Positions 9,720 to 20,267 of a DNA stretch of 40,867 bases are shown one piece after another. The notes under the pieces were generated by a model that was not told where the DNA came from, did no database searches, and was given only the letters and a program-made list of their open reading frames with translations. Each line of letters starts with the position of its first letter. Within the stretch, counting starts at the first letter, position 1. The translations under genes and the position numbers were made by a program. The stretch is from an uncultured Erysipelotrichaceae bacterium. GTDB taxonomy: Bacteria > Bacillota_I > Bacilli_A > Erysipelotrichales > Erysipelotrichaceae. The DNA lies in the NCBI GenBank assembly GCA_934692455.1, contig CAKUTY010000001.1, positions 1 through 40,867 on the forward strand, given 5' to 3'.

Positions 9720-11030
9720 ATGCTTAAAAAATGTTTCTTAGTTGTTATTTTTATTTTAATAATAGTTCCTATTATTTGTTTTAATCACGATAAAGATGTT
9801 GCTTCTAATATAGATAATAGAATGCTAACTGAACTGACTGATTTTAAGTTAGAAACCGTTAATAATTATGTAAATGATCGTATTGGATTTAGAGAAGAGG
9901 CTATAAATATCTATAACGCAATAAATGAAAAGATTTTTAATGTATCTACTAATCCGCAATTAATGATTGGGAAGGATAATAATATTTATCCTACAGTAAA
10001 CTCAATACCTGAATTTAATGATTATCATGAGTGTTTTTTAAATACTATTAAAAATATGCAAAATTATTGTGAAGAAAGAGGTGTTAAATTTTATTACATG
10101 ATTGATCCATCCAAGGCAACAATCATGACAGATAAATTGCCTAATGGAATAAATTATAATTCTTATTGGTTAGATGAATTTATCTCTAAAGCAAAAGATA
10201 TGGGTATTAATTTGGTTGATAATTATAATTATTTTAAAGAAATAGACGTCGAAATTCCTTTATATAACAAGAGATATGATAGTTATCATTGGAATGATGA
10301 TGGTGCATTTTATGGTATAAATAATCTTTTGAACAGTATTGGTGTTGAAGAAAACAATTTAGAAGATTTTACCAGAGAAAAATATCCAGGAGCGAAAGAT
10401 GAAGACGTCTATGATTTGACCACTGATTTAAAACCTGAAGATTACACTGATAAATATAAAGAAGGCCTAATGATGGCTGATGACTTTAAAGAATTTTTAT
10501 ACTATAAACAAAATAATAATGGACCTAAATTGTTATCGTTTGAAGGAAGCTATTTGTTAACAAATGATAGGACTGAAAAGTTCATTGCGAATCATTTTTC
10601 AGAAACCATTGTTGTACATGATTATCAAAATGTATTTAACATTAACTATTATTTAAATATCTTTAAACCTGATATTGTTCTTTTTGAAATGGCGGACTAT
10701 ACTTTCCAAGAATATTACTTTGCAAAATATTATATGGAAACAATGCAACTTCAACCGGTATTAAATGTTGATAACATCATTCAAAAGGGTGAATTACAGT
10801 ATTCCAAAGAAGTAAACAGCGAGTATGTAACTTATATAATTAAAAATCATGATGAAGCATTTGATTGTAAATATTTGATAGCTGATGACGATGTTTATGA
10901 TTTGTATAAATATGATAACGAAAATATTGCGTTAACTATTCTTCTAGAAAATGATTTTGATATTAATAATGTTTCAGTTATAACCAAAGATAAAGACAAT
11001 AATGTCGGCTACTCTTATAAATTGAAATAA
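9720..11030 (+). CDS. Membrane-anchored AlgJ/AlgX-like (DHHW-type) acyltransferase partner of MBOAT copy 1
   Basis: N-terminal signal anchor. Ordered motifs IDPSKA, then YDSYHWNDDG, then ~90 aa later SFEGSY. This is the D/H-then-S order of AlgX/AlgJ-type esterase-fold proteins. Starts 2 nt after the MBOAT stop. Confidence 0.55.
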   Translation: MLKKCFLVVIFILIIVPIICFNHDKDVASNIDNRMLTELTDFKLETVNNYVNDRIGFREEAINIYNAINEKIFNVSTNPQLMIGKDNNIYPTVNSIPEFNDYHECFLNTIKNMQNYCEERGVKFYYMIDPSKATIMTDKLPNGINYNSYWLDEFISKAKDMGINLVDNYNYFKEIDVEIPLYNKRYDSYHWNDDGAFYGINNLLNSIGVEENNLEDFTREKYPGAKDEDVYDLTTDLKPEDYTDKYKEGLMMADDFKEFLYYKQNNNGPKLLSFEGSYLLTNDRTEKFIANHFSETIVVHDYQNVFNINYYLNIFKPDIVLFEMADYTFQEYYFAKYYMETMQLQPVLNVDNIIQKGELQYSKEVNSEYVTYIIKNHDEAFDCKYLIADDDVYDLYKYDNENIALTILLENDFDINNVSVITKDKDNNVGYSYKLK

Positions 11031-11048
11031 TGTTGCTAAAAACAACAT
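11030..11048 (+). terminator. Weak hairpin after the AlgJ-like gene (possible partial terminator)
   Basis: ATGTTG-ctaaaaa-CAACAT (6-bp stem, only 2 G:C pairs) followed by TTATAATT. Weak. Confidence 0.25.
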
Positions 11049-11072
11049 TTATAATTAATTATAATAAATCAC

Positions 11073-11101
11073 TTGCATAAATATGTTATCTAAAATATCA
11101 T
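11073..11101 (+). promoter_or_regulatory. Candidate sigma-A-type promoter upstream of the HTH-ugd gene
   Basis: TTGCAT (11073-11078), a 17-nt spacer, then TATCAT (11096-11101). It lies in the only gap larger than 60 nt inside the 19-kb + strand block. Confidence 0.45.
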
Positions 11102-11119
11102 AAGTATGAGGTGAATAAA

Positions 11120-12589
11120 ATGAAAAAGATATCTAAAGAATTATTGGCTAAGATTGTTAGGAAAAAAAGAAGTGAATTAAATATTACACAAAATAGATTA
11201 AGTGAATTAAGTGAAATCAATAGAGCTATGTTGTCTCGTATAGAGAATGGTGATTATTTGCCTACTATTGATCAATTAGAAAAGTTGGGAGAAATTCTAA
11301 ACTTTGATTTTGATGACTTGTTTGTAAAAGAAGAAGTTAAAAAAGAAAGATTGGTTAAAGAACCTTGTAAGATAGCTGTAGCTGGCACTGGTTATGTTGG
11401 TTTGTCATTGGCTGTATTGTTAGCTCAACATAATGAAGTGAAGGCTGTTGATATTATTCCTGAGAAAGTAGATATGATCAATAATAAGAAGTCTCCAATT
11501 CAAGATGATTATATTGAAGAATATTTAGCTACTAAGGAATTAAATTTGAAGGCAACATTAGATGCTAAGGAAGCATATAGTGATGCTGAATTTGTAATTG
11601 TTGCAGCTCCAACAAATTATGATCCTAAACAAAATTATTTTGACACAAGTGCAGTAGAAAAAGTAATTGATTTGGTAATGGAATATAATCCAAATGCTTA
11701 TATCATTATTAAATCAACTGTTCCAGTAGGCTATGCAGAGCGTATTAGAAAAGAAAAGAATAATAATCATATTATGTTCTCTCCTGAATTTTTAAGAGAA
11801 TCAAAGGCTTTATATGATAATTTATATCCAAGTAGAATCATTGTAGGTTGCGATGATAAGACTAAGGATGCAGCTGTTAAGTTTTCTAGTTTATTAAAAG
11901 ATGCGGCTTTAAAAGATAATATTGATACTTTATTCATGGGCTTTACTGAAGCTGAAGCAGTTAAATTATTCTCTAATACTTATCTAGCATTAAGAGTATC
12001 TTACTTTAATGAATTAGATACTTATGCAGAGACAAAGGGTTTAAATACTAAGGAAATTATCGATGGTGTATGTTTAGATCCTAGAATTGGTTCTCATTAT
12101 AATAATCCATCATTTGGTTATGGTGGTTATTGTTTACCGAAGGATACTAAACAATTATTAGCTAACTTCAAGGATGTACCTGAAAATTTAATTGAAGCTA
12201 TTGTTGAATCAAATAGAACAAGAAAAGATTTCATAGCTGATAGAGTATTAGATAAGGCTGGTGCTTATGGTAATAGTGAAGAATATAATGTTAATAAGGA
12301 ACACAAAGTAGTAGTTGGTGTTTATCGTTTAACTATGAAGTCTAATTCAGATAACTTTAGACAATCTTCAATTCAAGGCGTTATGAAAAGAATTAAGGCA
12401 AAGGGCGCTGAAGTTATTATTTATGAACCAACTTTAGAAGATGGTGAAACATTCTTTGGCTCTAAGGTTGTGAATAATTTGAAGAAGTTTAAGAAACAAT
12501 CTAACGCAATCATCGCAAACAGATATGATTCTTGTTTAGATGATGTGGCTGAAAAGGTATATACAAGAGATTTATATAAGAGAGACTAA
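11120..12589 (+). CDS. ugd: UDP-glucose 6-dehydrogenase with an N-terminal XRE (Cro/C1) helix-turn-helix domain
   Basis: N-terminal ~70 aa are a canonical HTH_3 ([41 protein letters not shown]). A K/E-rich linker follows, then a full Ugd colinear with streptococcal HasB/Cps3D as I recall them ([71 protein letters not shown]). The track start is a GTG at 11111. I prefer the ATG at 11120 after GAGGTG. Confidence 0.85.
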   Translation: MKKISKELLAKIVRKKRSELNITQNRLSELSEINRAMLSRIENGDYLPTIDQLEKLGEILNFDFDDLFVKEEVKKERLVKEPCKIAVAGTGYVGLSLAVLLAQHNEVKAVDIIPEKVDMINNKKSPIQDDYIEEYLATKELNLKATLDAKEAYSDAEFVIVAAPTNYDPKQNYFDTSAVEKVIDLVMEYNPNAYIIIKSTVPVGYAERIRKEKNNNHIMFSPEFLRESKALYDNLYPSRIIVGCDDKTKDAAVKFSSLLKDAALKDNIDTLFMGFTEAEAVKLFSNTYLALRVSYFNELDTYAETKGLNTKEIIDGVCLDPRIGSHYNNPSFGYGGYCLPKDTKQLLANFKDVPENLIEAIVESNRTRKDFIADRVLDKAGAYGNSEEYNVNKEHKVVVGVYRLTMKSNSDNFRQSSIQGVMKRIKAKGAEVIIYEPTLEDGETFFGSKVVNNLKKFKKQSNAIIANRYDSCLDDVAEKVYTRDLYKRD

Positions 12590-12625
12590 TAGCTTTTATT
12601 GGTCTCTTATTTTATAATTTATTAG

Positions 12626-14107
12626 ATGAGTAACTTATTTAAAAAGAAAAATTTCTACATACTAGCATCAATATTCGTATTGATGCTTTTCGCATATATT
12701 ACATGTAAGACACCGTTGGCTGGTGATGATTGGGGCTATGCTCTTAATGGAAGTGCTGGCACTCCGATTAAAACAGCTTTGGAATTCTATAATTCTTGGT
12801 CAGGACGATTCTTTAGTGAATTATGGGGAATGATAGTACCTTGTCATAAATGGATATGGAATATTGTAAATCCTTTGTTGTTTATGGGTATCTTTCTTTG
12901 TATCTATAAATTAGCTTATATTCAAAACAAGCCAATCATGTGTAGTCTATTAATATTAGCTATCATGTTAAGTGTTGATGATAATTTAAGAATGGAAACG
13001 TATTCTTGGATTATGGGTACTACTTATATAATACCTTTGTTTTTATCATTATTATATTTTGTGATAGTTGATAATTTATTAAAGAATGAAGTATATGATT
13101 GGAAACTAATCACCTTTGCAATCGTTGATAATTTATTCTTATTTATTATTGGCCTAATGATGGAAAACATTGCGGCTACTATGATAGTTGGAATTGTATT
13201 CGTACTTGGATATGCTTTCTTTAATAAAAGAAAAGCGCTTAAGTATTTAATACCAAATCTATTATTTAGTATTTTAAGTTTTGCGATTATGAGAATGTCG
13301 CCTGGCAGTGCAAGTCGTTTAAACGGTGAGCATGCTGCTTGGGTTAAACTAACCTTATTTAAGAAACTATCTAATGGATATCCTAATTTTTTAAATATGA
13401 CTTTTATTCAAAATAATTATGCGATTGCGTTGTTTTCTATTTGTTTAATTCTTTTGATTTGTTTCTCAAGGAAAAAAAACAAATTAGATAAAGTATTACC
13501 TATATTGATATTGATTACTGGTATTATAACTATATTCTCTTTCGTGTTTACAGATGCATTGGTTAATCCTAATTCAATCTATTCATTTATCTTCTGGCCA
13601 ATATATATTATTAATGCCTTTTATGTGTTGTTTACATATTTAGATAATGACTATAGAAAGTATAAAGCATTATTTATGTTGATGTTTGCAGGGTGTAACG
13701 CATTAGTAATGTTATATTCACCAATCTATGGCTCAAGAAGTGCTATTTATACTGTTTATTATTTAATTGTTGTTTCTATTCTTATATTAGATTTTGTTCG
13801 TATAAATAAGCATCATATAATTACAATTTTCTTAATTGTATTAGTTTTAATTATTGGTGATAGAACAAGAGAATATATTCATAAATATTGTTTAGTTGGT
13901 ATTAAACAAAATGAAAGATTAGAAATTATTAAGTATTATCAACAACATCCAGAAGTTGAGGAAGCTTGGATTCCTAGATTCCCTGTTTATACAGTACATG
14001 GGGCTGATATTGAAATTGGTGATACTTATCATTTCGAAACATTTAAGGATTATTATAAATTGCCACAAAGTGCAGATAAAATAATATTTTATTACGAAGG
14101 AGAATAG
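12626..14107 (+). CDS. Polytopic membrane protein, GT-C-like (DUF6056-like) glycosyltransferase or polymerase candidate
   Basis: 493 aa with ~12 TM segments. First-loop acidic motif [13 protein letters not shown]...WSGRFFSE. No SD visible. Family assignment is from memory only. Confidence 0.4.
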   Translation: MSNLFKKKNFYILASIFVLMLFAYITCKTPLAGDDWGYALNGSAGTPIKTALEFYNSWSGRFFSELWGMIVPCHKWIWNIVNPLLFMGIFLCIYKLAYIQNKPIMCSLLILAIMLSVDDNLRMETYSWIMGTTYIIPLFLSLLYFVIVDNLLKNEVYDWKLITFAIVDNLFLFIIGLMMENIAATMIVGIVFVLGYAFFNKRKALKYLIPNLLFSILSFAIMRMSPGSASRLNGEHAAWVKLTLFKKLSNGYPNFLNMTFIQNNYAIALFSICLILLICFSRKKNKLDKVLPILILITGIITIFSFVFTDALVNPNSIYSFIFWPIYIINAFYVLFTYLDNDYRKYKALFMLMFAGCNALVMLYSPIYGSRSAIYTVYYLIVVSILILDFVRINKHHIITIFLIVLVLIIGDRTREYIHKYCLVGIKQNERLEIIKYYQQHPEVEEAWIPRFPVYTVHGADIEIGDTYHFETFKDYYKLPQSADKIIFYYEGE

Positions 14108-14111
14108 AAAT

Positions 14112-15008
14112 ATGAAGGGTATTATTCTTGCAGGAGGAAGTGGGACTAGACTTTATCCGCTAACTAAAGTTACAAGTAAACAATTGTTGCCTATTTATGA
14201 TAAGCCAATGATTTACTATCCACTAAGTACTTTGATGTTAGCAGGTATTAGAGATATTTTAATTATCTCTACACCTGTTGATACACCTCGTTTTAAATCT
14301 TTATTAGGCGATGGCAAGGACTTTGGATTAAGTTTAAAGTATGCCGTTCAAGAAAGTCCCGATGGCTTGGCTCAAGCGTTTTTGATTGGCGAGGAATTCA
14401 TTGGTGATGATAGCTGTGCTATGGTTCTTGGTGATAATATCTTCTATGGTAATGGTTTCTCTAATTTGTTAGTTGGTGCAAGAGAAAAAGCTGATAAGGG
14501 TTTGGCTACTGTCTTCGGTTATTATGTTAATGATCCTGAAAGATTTGGTGTTGTTGAATTTGATGAAAATGGTAAAGCCTTATCTATTGAAGAAAAACCA
14601 AGTAATCCTAAATCTAATTATGCGGTAACTGGTTTATATTTCTATCCTAAGGGTGTTAGTGAGATGGCTAAAGAAGTAAAGCCGTCTTCTAGAGGCGAAT
14701 TAGAAATTACCACATTGAATCAAATGTATTTAGATAAAGACGAATTAAATGTTGAAATCTTTGGCAGAGGATACACATGGTTAGATACTGGTACAATGGA
14801 TTCTTTAGCTGAAGCATGTAACTTTGTAAGAACAATCCAAAACTTACAAGGTGTAGGCATTAGTGTGATTGAAGAGATCGCCTATAAGAATGGCTGGATT
14901 AGTAAGGAACAATTACTGAAGTCAGCTGATAGCTATGGCAAATCTGAATATGGAAAACATTTAAGAAAAGTTGCTGATGATAAGAGATATTCTGATAGAA
15001 AGAAGTAA
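14112..15008 (+). CDS. rfbA: Glucose-1-phosphate thymidylyltransferase
   Basis: [79 protein letters not shown]: textbook RmlA. AAGGAG RBS. Confidence 0.95.
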   Translation: MKGIILAGGSGTRLYPLTKVTSKQLLPIYDKPMIYYPLSTLMLAGIRDILIISTPVDTPRFKSLLGDGKDFGLSLKYAVQESPDGLAQAFLIGEEFIGDDSCAMVLGDNIFYGNGFSNLLVGAREKADKGLATVFGYYVNDPERFGVVEFDENGKALSIEEKPSNPKSNYAVTGLYFYPKGVSEMAKEVKPSSRGELEITTLNQMYLDKDELNVEIFGRGYTWLDTGTMDSLAEACNFVRTIQNLQGVGISVIEEIAYKNGWISKEQLLKSADSYGKSEYGKHLRKVADDKRYSDRKK

Positions 15009-15017
15009 TACAGTTAA

Positions 15018-16730
15018 ATGCTGAGTATTTTTAAACATATCTATCATTATGTAATTGTGACTTTATTTTTGCTGATAATATCATATCTTTGTTATTTGAG
15101 CTATCTTCAAACATGTTATGTAAGCATACAATACGCAACTGATGTAAGCTTTTTTCTAAAAGATAATTTATTGAGAAATATTGCTTTTACTGTGCTTTTT
15201 ATCTCAGCTATCTATTTATTTTCAAAAAACAAGTTTATTAATAAAATAATTAAAAAAATTAATACAAACAACAAAGTATTTATAATAATTAAATGGATAA
15301 TGTTATTGCTGATTGGCGCTTTTTCTTTCTTGTGGATTTATTTGGGGCAAATATTGCCGGAAGGTGATCAAGCACTTATTTTAGAGGGTGTTTATGCATT
15401 GCATAACGGCAACTTCGTACCATTTGAAAGAGGCGCATATCTAGAAAGATTTCCTAACCAATGGGGAATTATGTTGATTTATTATCTTGTTTCTTTCGTA
15501 TCTAAGAATAATTTTATATTTTCACTACAAATATTAAATGTAATATCAGTGGTTTTGATATATAAAAATTTATCTGAAATCGCAAAGTTTCTTAAGGCGT
15601 CTAATTTTATACAATTGTTGATAATATTTACTGCATTTACTTTTCCAATATTATTGATTTACTGTTGGTTTATTTATGGAAATTTGTTATCGGAGGCTTT
15701 CATCTTATGTTCAATTAAATATGAACTGTATTATTTTGATGATTATAAAATTAAAAATGCGATTATATCATCTTTATTTCTATTAATTGCTTTGTTATCT
15801 AAGAGTTTTGCAATGATTTATCTTATCGCAATGATTATATATGTGATATTTAAATCTATTGATAATAAAAATATTAAAACATTGTGCATTGTTTTATTGT
15901 ATATATTAACTTTTGTATTTCAAAATGCTTTCCCTAAATTATTTCTTCAAAATAGAACGGGTTATCCTTTTGATGAAGGAGTTTCATATATTTCATATAT
16001 AGCTATGGGGATGCAAGAAGGACCTAGAGCAGAAGGCTGGCATAATAAGTACAATATAAATACTTATTATGAAGTTGACATGAAAACTACTGCACAGAAA
16101 GAATTGGTTATTTGTGATATTAAACAAAGTATGGAAAATTTTGTTAATAATCCTTCTTTTGCGTATAAATTTTATAGTAGAAAAACGGCGTCACAATGGA
16201 ATAATCCAACGTTTGAAGCGTTCTATGGTATGGATATTGAAGATGATCAGGGATATCATTATCGCTATGAAAGTGATTATTCACTAAATCATTACCTTGA
16301 TGGTGTATTAAATTTGAAATTCGAGACTAAAATTCAAAAATTTTTAAATATTGAACAATCTATAATTTTATTTGGCTGTTTGCTTTATATAGTTTTAAAA
16401 GGAAATAAAACTTTTGAAGATTTGTTATTACCTTTGGCCTTTGTGGGTGGTTTCCTATTTTTGTTACTTTGGGAAGCAAAGAGTCAATATACTTTATACT
16501 TTTACCCCGCATTACTTATATATTCTATTTTGGGATATAAAGAATTACTGTATATGGATAGAAACAGATTTAAAGTATTGATATTTTATTTGGTAATTAC
16601 TTTTTCATTATTTGCGCTTACAATGGAAAAATCTTTAGTTATAGATAATACAAAATACAACGAATATGTTTCTTATGGAAACAGTTATGAATGGTTTAAG
16701 AACAATAAATGGTTTGTTTGGGAAAGATAG
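15018..16730 (+). CDS. Polytopic membrane protein, ArnT/PMT-like GT-C glycosyltransferase candidate
   Basis: 570 aa with more than 10 TM segments. First-loop motif LPEGDQALILEG...ERFPNQWG. Large later loop (residues ~310-430). Confidence 0.5.
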   Translation: MLSIFKHIYHYVIVTLFLLIISYLCYLSYLQTCYVSIQYATDVSFFLKDNLLRNIAFTVLFISAIYLFSKNKFINKIIKKINTNNKVFIIIKWIMLLLIGAFSFLWIYLGQILPEGDQALILEGVYALHNGNFVPFERGAYLERFPNQWGIMLIYYLVSFVSKNNFIFSLQILNVISVVLIYKNLSEIAKFLKASNFIQLLIIFTAFTFPILLIYCWFIYGNLLSEAFILCSIKYELYYFDDYKIKNAIISSLFLLIALLSKSFAMIYLIAMIIYVIFKSIDNKNIKTLCIVLLYILTFVFQNAFPKLFLQNRTGYPFDEGVSYISYIAMGMQEGPRAEGWHNKYNINTYYEVDMKTTAQKELVICDIKQSMENFVNNPSFAYKFYSRKTASQWNNPTFEAFYGMDIEDDQGYHYRYESDYSLNHYLDGVLNLKFETKIQKFLNIEQSIILFGCLLYIVLKGNKTFEDLLLPLAFVGGFLFLLLWEAKSQYTLYFYPALLIYSILGYKELLYMDRNRFKVLIFYLVITFSLFALTMEKSLVIDNTKYNEYVSYGNSYEWFKNNKWFVWER

Positions 16731-16738
16731 GAGCTACA

Positions 16739-18292
16739 ATGAATAAAATTAAACAATTCTTTAAAATTAATGATGATTATAAGATAGCTAAGTATTCTTT
16801 GATAAGCATATTTATTTGTGCATTGTTAGCATACAACTTAATACTTATATATGGCTTTACAAATCCTGATGGAATTAATGAGGGATTTTACTATTATAGT
16901 GCTGCTGATTGGGCTAGCATGGGTTGTGGTAGATGGCTAATTAGATATTTCAACTACGCTCACGCAAATATCGTAATGCCTTTCATTACTTTAATAGAGT
17001 ATTGCTTATTTACGTGGTTAACGTTATTAACTATTTTTAAAGTGTTAAATATGAAAAATATTTTTAATGCAACCGTTACATCAATTTTATTTATTCTATT
17101 ACCAGGTGTAATTACTCAAATGACATATGTGTATACTGCTGCTGCTTATTGTTTATCAGGTTTGTTTACGGCTCTATTTGTATATTTTAATACATTAGAA
17201 GATAAAAGATTTTCGCTATTATCATCAATATGTTTAGCTTTTGCGATGGGCTTGTACCAAAGCTATATTGGCTTAGCTGTTGCCTTGAGTTTGATGTATA
17301 TCATTATAAGAATAGTTGATGGTGAGCACATTAAAGAATTATTACCTTTTATATTTAAGAGTATCCTATCGGCGCTTGTAGCCTTGGCTTTATACTTTTT
17401 GTTCTATAAAGTTGATTTAATGTTATTTGGTTTAGATACTGTAGAACGTATGCAACAATTTAGCATTAAAGAAATAATTGGTAGCTTTGGTTTTAAGTTT
17501 ATTGAAATGTATAAAGTTTTCTTTAATAACTTTATCGATGATATTTTAAAGAGAAATTATTTAATATATTTATTTGTGATTGTTACTTTATGTATTTTAG
17601 TTGTTTCTTTGATTAATATATTTAAAGAAAAGAGATATTTAGATTTTGTTGTTGTGTTACTTGGTTGTATTTTAATACCACCATCCTCATGTATTATTGG
17701 AATTTTAATTCCTTTTAATAATGTTAATTTGATGATGTCTAATCAAAATTATTTGATTGTGCCTTTTGTGTTTGCGTTACTAGAAAGAAATGGTATTAAA
17801 TTTAAAAAATATGTTAATGCTTTTGGTTTGTTAGTTTTAATAGCGTTAAGTTGGACGTATATACTAAGCGCTAACGCAACATATAGATGTTATATCTTGT
17901 CATATAATCATATAAATTCTGAGGTTCAAATGGCATTAAAGGACGTTTATGTTTTAGATGATTATGTAAAAGATGAAACACCTATTATTTTTGCTGGTTT
18001 TCCAAACGACTATACTTTAAGAGAAAATATGCCGCTTTATAAATATGCAATCGAGTTGTATCCAAATGTTATATTTTGGCAAGATATGACAGGTGTTGTA
18101 AGTAACCGTTACAATTATTTGATAAATTGTTTTGGAGTTGATGCAGGTGGCATAAGCGATGAGGATTATTTGAGACTTATGGAAAGTCAAGAATTTTATG
18201 AGATGAATGTTTGGCCAAAGAAGAATTCGGTTAGAATGATTGATGGTTATGCAGTGATTAAATATTCAAATAGCCCACTGTTACCTTACTGA
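16739..18292 (+). CDS. Polytopic membrane protein, GtrII-type glucosyltransferase-like candidate
   Basis: ~517 aa from the ATG at 16739, which is preceded by AGGAG at 16729-16733. The track start at 16709 would overlap the upstream gene. N-terminal TM then loop FTNPDGINEGFYYY...GCGRWLIRY, multiple TMs, and a soluble C-terminal ~130 aa. Confidence 0.4.
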   Translation: MNKIKQFFKINDDYKIAKYSLISIFICALLAYNLILIYGFTNPDGINEGFYYYSAADWASMGCGRWLIRYFNYAHANIVMPFITLIEYCLFTWLTLLTIFKVLNMKNIFNATVTSILFILLPGVITQMTYVYTAAAYCLSGLFTALFVYFNTLEDKRFSLLSSICLAFAMGLYQSYIGLAVALSLMYIIIRIVDGEHIKELLPFIFKSILSALVALALYFLFYKVDLMLFGLDTVERMQQFSIKEIIGSFGFKFIEMYKVFFNNFIDDILKRNYLIYLFVIVTLCILVVSLINIFKEKRYLDFVVVLLGCILIPPSSCIIGILIPFNNVNLMMSNQNYLIVPFVFALLERNGIKFKKYVNAFGLLVLIALSWTYILSANATYRCYILSYNHINSEVQMALKDVYVLDDYVKDETPIIFAGFPNDYTLRENMPLYKYAIELYPNVIFWQDMTGVVSNRYNYLINCFGVDAGGISDEDYLRLMESQEFYEMNVWPKKNSVRMIDGYAVIKYSNSPLLPY

Positions 18293-18314
18293 TAAATGTC
18301 ACCGTGTTATAATT

Positions 18315-19286
18315 ATGAATATGTCAAAAAAACTTTCTGTTGTAGTTCCTGTATATAATGTTGAAAAGTATCTAGATAAGTGTCTAGATTCTTTAGTTAA
18401 CCAAGAAATAGATGACTATGAAGTAATAGTAGTAAATGATGGAACTAAAGATAATAGCCAATTTATAATTGATAAATATGTTAAGGATTATCCTTTAATT
18501 GTTAAGTCATATATTAAGGACAATGGCGGTTTAAGTGATGCTAGAAACTATGGCATTAAATACGCTAGTGGTGAATATATAACATTCTTAGATAGTGATG
18601 ATTATGTTGAATATGATACTTATAAGAATATGTTGGATATAGCTTATAAGGGTAATCATGATTTGGTGGTCGCTGATCTTGAATATGTTTGGGAAGATAA
18701 TTCAAAAGAGCCTTTTTTAAAAGAAGGATTAAATAGGGTAAGTGATAATGATATTAAAAGTTTATTCTTATCGCCATTGTTTTCTTGGAATAAGATGTAT
18801 CGAAAATCATTGTTTGATAAATTAGAATGTAAGTACCCAGAGGGGTTATGGTATGAGGATATACCGGTTACTCTTAAGTTCTTTTCTAGTATTAATAGTG
18901 TTGGTTACTATAACAGTGTGGGTTATCACTACCTACAGAGAAATACTTCAATACTTGGTTCTTCATATAATGACAAGATGTATGATATCTTCACAATATT
19001 TGAGGGTGTAATCAAAGATTTTAAAGAAAGAAATAAGTATGAAGAGTTCTATGATGAACTTGAATATTTGTTTGTAGAACACTTCTTGGTCTATGGTGCC
19101 TTTAGGTTCTTGAGAACAGAACATTATAAGGAACTTATGGAAAAAGCATTTAGATTTGTGAAAGAATATTTCCCAGACTATATGCACAATAAATATATAA
19201 AGACTTTAGGTAAGAAGAACATTATCTTCTTAAGAACCAACAATAAAGTCACAATGTCTTTTTGGCACAGGTATCTAACAAAATGA
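18315..19286 (+). CDS. Glycosyltransferase family 2 (GGLSDARN type)
   Basis: LSVVVPVYNVEKYLDKCLDSL, VVNDGTKDNS, NGGLSDARNYGI, FLDSDDY. No TM segments. Confidence 0.85.
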   Translation: MNMSKKLSVVVPVYNVEKYLDKCLDSLVNQEIDDYEVIVVNDGTKDNSQFIIDKYVKDYPLIVKSYIKDNGGLSDARNYGIKYASGEYITFLDSDDYVEYDTYKNMLDIAYKGNHDLVVADLEYVWEDNSKEPFLKEGLNRVSDNDIKSLFLSPLFSWNKMYRKSLFDKLECKYPEGLWYEDIPVTLKFFSSINSVGYYNSVGYHYLQRNTSILGSSYNDKMYDIFTIFEGVIKDFKERNKYEEFYDELEYLFVEHFLVYGAFRFLRTEHYKELMEKAFRFVKEYFPDYMHNKYIKTLGKKNIIFLRTNNKVTMSFWHRYLTK

Positions 19287-20266
19287 GTAAAGTAAGTATT
19301 ATTGTCCCTATCTACAATGTAGAAAAATATGTAAGTAAGTGTCTTGATTCTCTTATAAGACAAACTTTTTCTGATATCGAAATTTTAGCTGTTTCTGATG
19401 GTTCGCCAGATAATAGTAGAGAAATTGTTTTGAAGTATGCTGAAAAAGATAAGAGAGTTAAGTTTATCGAAAAAGAAAATGGTGGTTATGGTAGTGTTTT
19501 AGAAACAGCTATAGCTCGTATTGAATCAGAATATTTCATGGTATGCGATCCAGATGATTGGTTAAGTGATGATGCAGTAGAAGTATTGGTAAATACTTTA
19601 ACTAAGAATGATGTTGATGTGGTTGTTGGTTGTAAGTACCTTGTTTATAACGACAATGAAGAAAAGATTTATACTGATTCAGTAATTCATTCGGTAAATA
19701 TCAATACTGAATTTGATAAAGTATATGATGATTTAACTAGTTTCTATTATCTAGATCCAAGTCCCCATGCTAAACTATATAAGACAAGTATTTGTAAGGG
19801 TATTAAGTTGCCTCATAAGGTAAGTTTTACTGATTTACTTTTATATACTTATGCATTGGAGAATGCAAGTAGTGCAATCTATATCAAGGATGCCTTGTCT
19901 TATTATCTAATTGATAGACCAGGTAACAGTATGTCTACTTTTAAAGATAAGACTTTCTATGATCACTATGTAATTATGAGTGAATTATTTAATTATGCTC
20001 ATGATGGTAATAATAAGATGTTATATGCAAGAACATATATTCAATTTAGATATGCCTTGAGTCAACTTGTTGAACATGGTGCTGATAGTGCTAAGTTAAA
20101 GTATTTTAATGAATATTGGAATATCTATAAGACTTTAATTAGACATAAGAAAGATGTTATGGATAATTATCCAAAGGATGGCACTTTATCTAAACTAAAG
20201 TGTGCTTTCTTATTAAGTGGTTTATTTGAAAAAACAATGTTGAAAGATTTGATGGGGGCTAAATAA
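19283..20266 (+). CDS. Glycosyltransferase family 2 (GGYGS type)
   Basis: VSIIVPIYNVEKYVSKCLDSL, VSDGSPDNS, ENGGYGSVL, VCDPDDW. The ATG at 19283 forms an ATGA overlap with the upstream stop. The track start at 19262 is less likely. Paralog of the N-terminal half of 35360-37582. Confidence 0.8.
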   Translation: MSKVSIIVPIYNVEKYVSKCLDSLIRQTFSDIEILAVSDGSPDNSREIVLKYAEKDKRVKFIEKENGGYGSVLETAIARIESEYFMVCDPDDWLSDDAVEVLVNTLTKNDVDVVVGCKYLVYNDNEEKIYTDSVIHSVNINTEFDKVYDDLTSFYYLDPSPHAKLYKTSICKGIKLPHKVSFTDLLLYTYALENASSAIYIKDALSYYLIDRPGNSMSTFKDKTFYDHYVIMSELFNYAHDGNNKMLYARTYIQFRYALSQLVEHGADSAKLKYFNEYWNIYKTLIRHKKDVMDNYPKDGTLSKLKCAFLLSGLFEKTMLKDLMGAK

Positions 20267-20267
20267 G

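Noticed and set aside
12581-12608. A hairpin overlapping the ugd stop codon (AGAGAC, 15-nt loop, GTCTCT, then T-rich) as a terminator.
   Set aside because: The stem is only 6 bp and the loop is large, so it is marginally stable. The next gene starts 18 nt later with no promoter-like sequence, so read-through is more likely.
3011-13479. Homopolymer tracts of 8 nt inside coding regions as possible slipped-strand phase-variation switches: A8 at 3011-3018 in a GT-C gene, T8 at 9264-9271 in MBOAT copy 1, A8 at 13472-13479 in a GT-C-like gene.
   Set aside because: With A and T each near one third of bases, a rough estimate predicts about ten runs of 8 or more by chance in 41 kb. I noticed only three, so there is no enrichment. 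They are too short for efficient slippage, and none lies near a 5' end.
4366-16730. An Arn-like L-Ara4N lipid modification pathway (Ugd plus DegT aminotransferase plus ArnC-like GT2 plus ArnT-like GT-C all present).
   Set aside because: There is no ArnA (UDP-GlcA decarboxylase/formyltransferase), ArnD deformylase or ArnE/F flippase. The aminotransferase matches the dTDP-sugar WecE type rather than ArnB, and RmlA is present. The resemblance is only in general logic.
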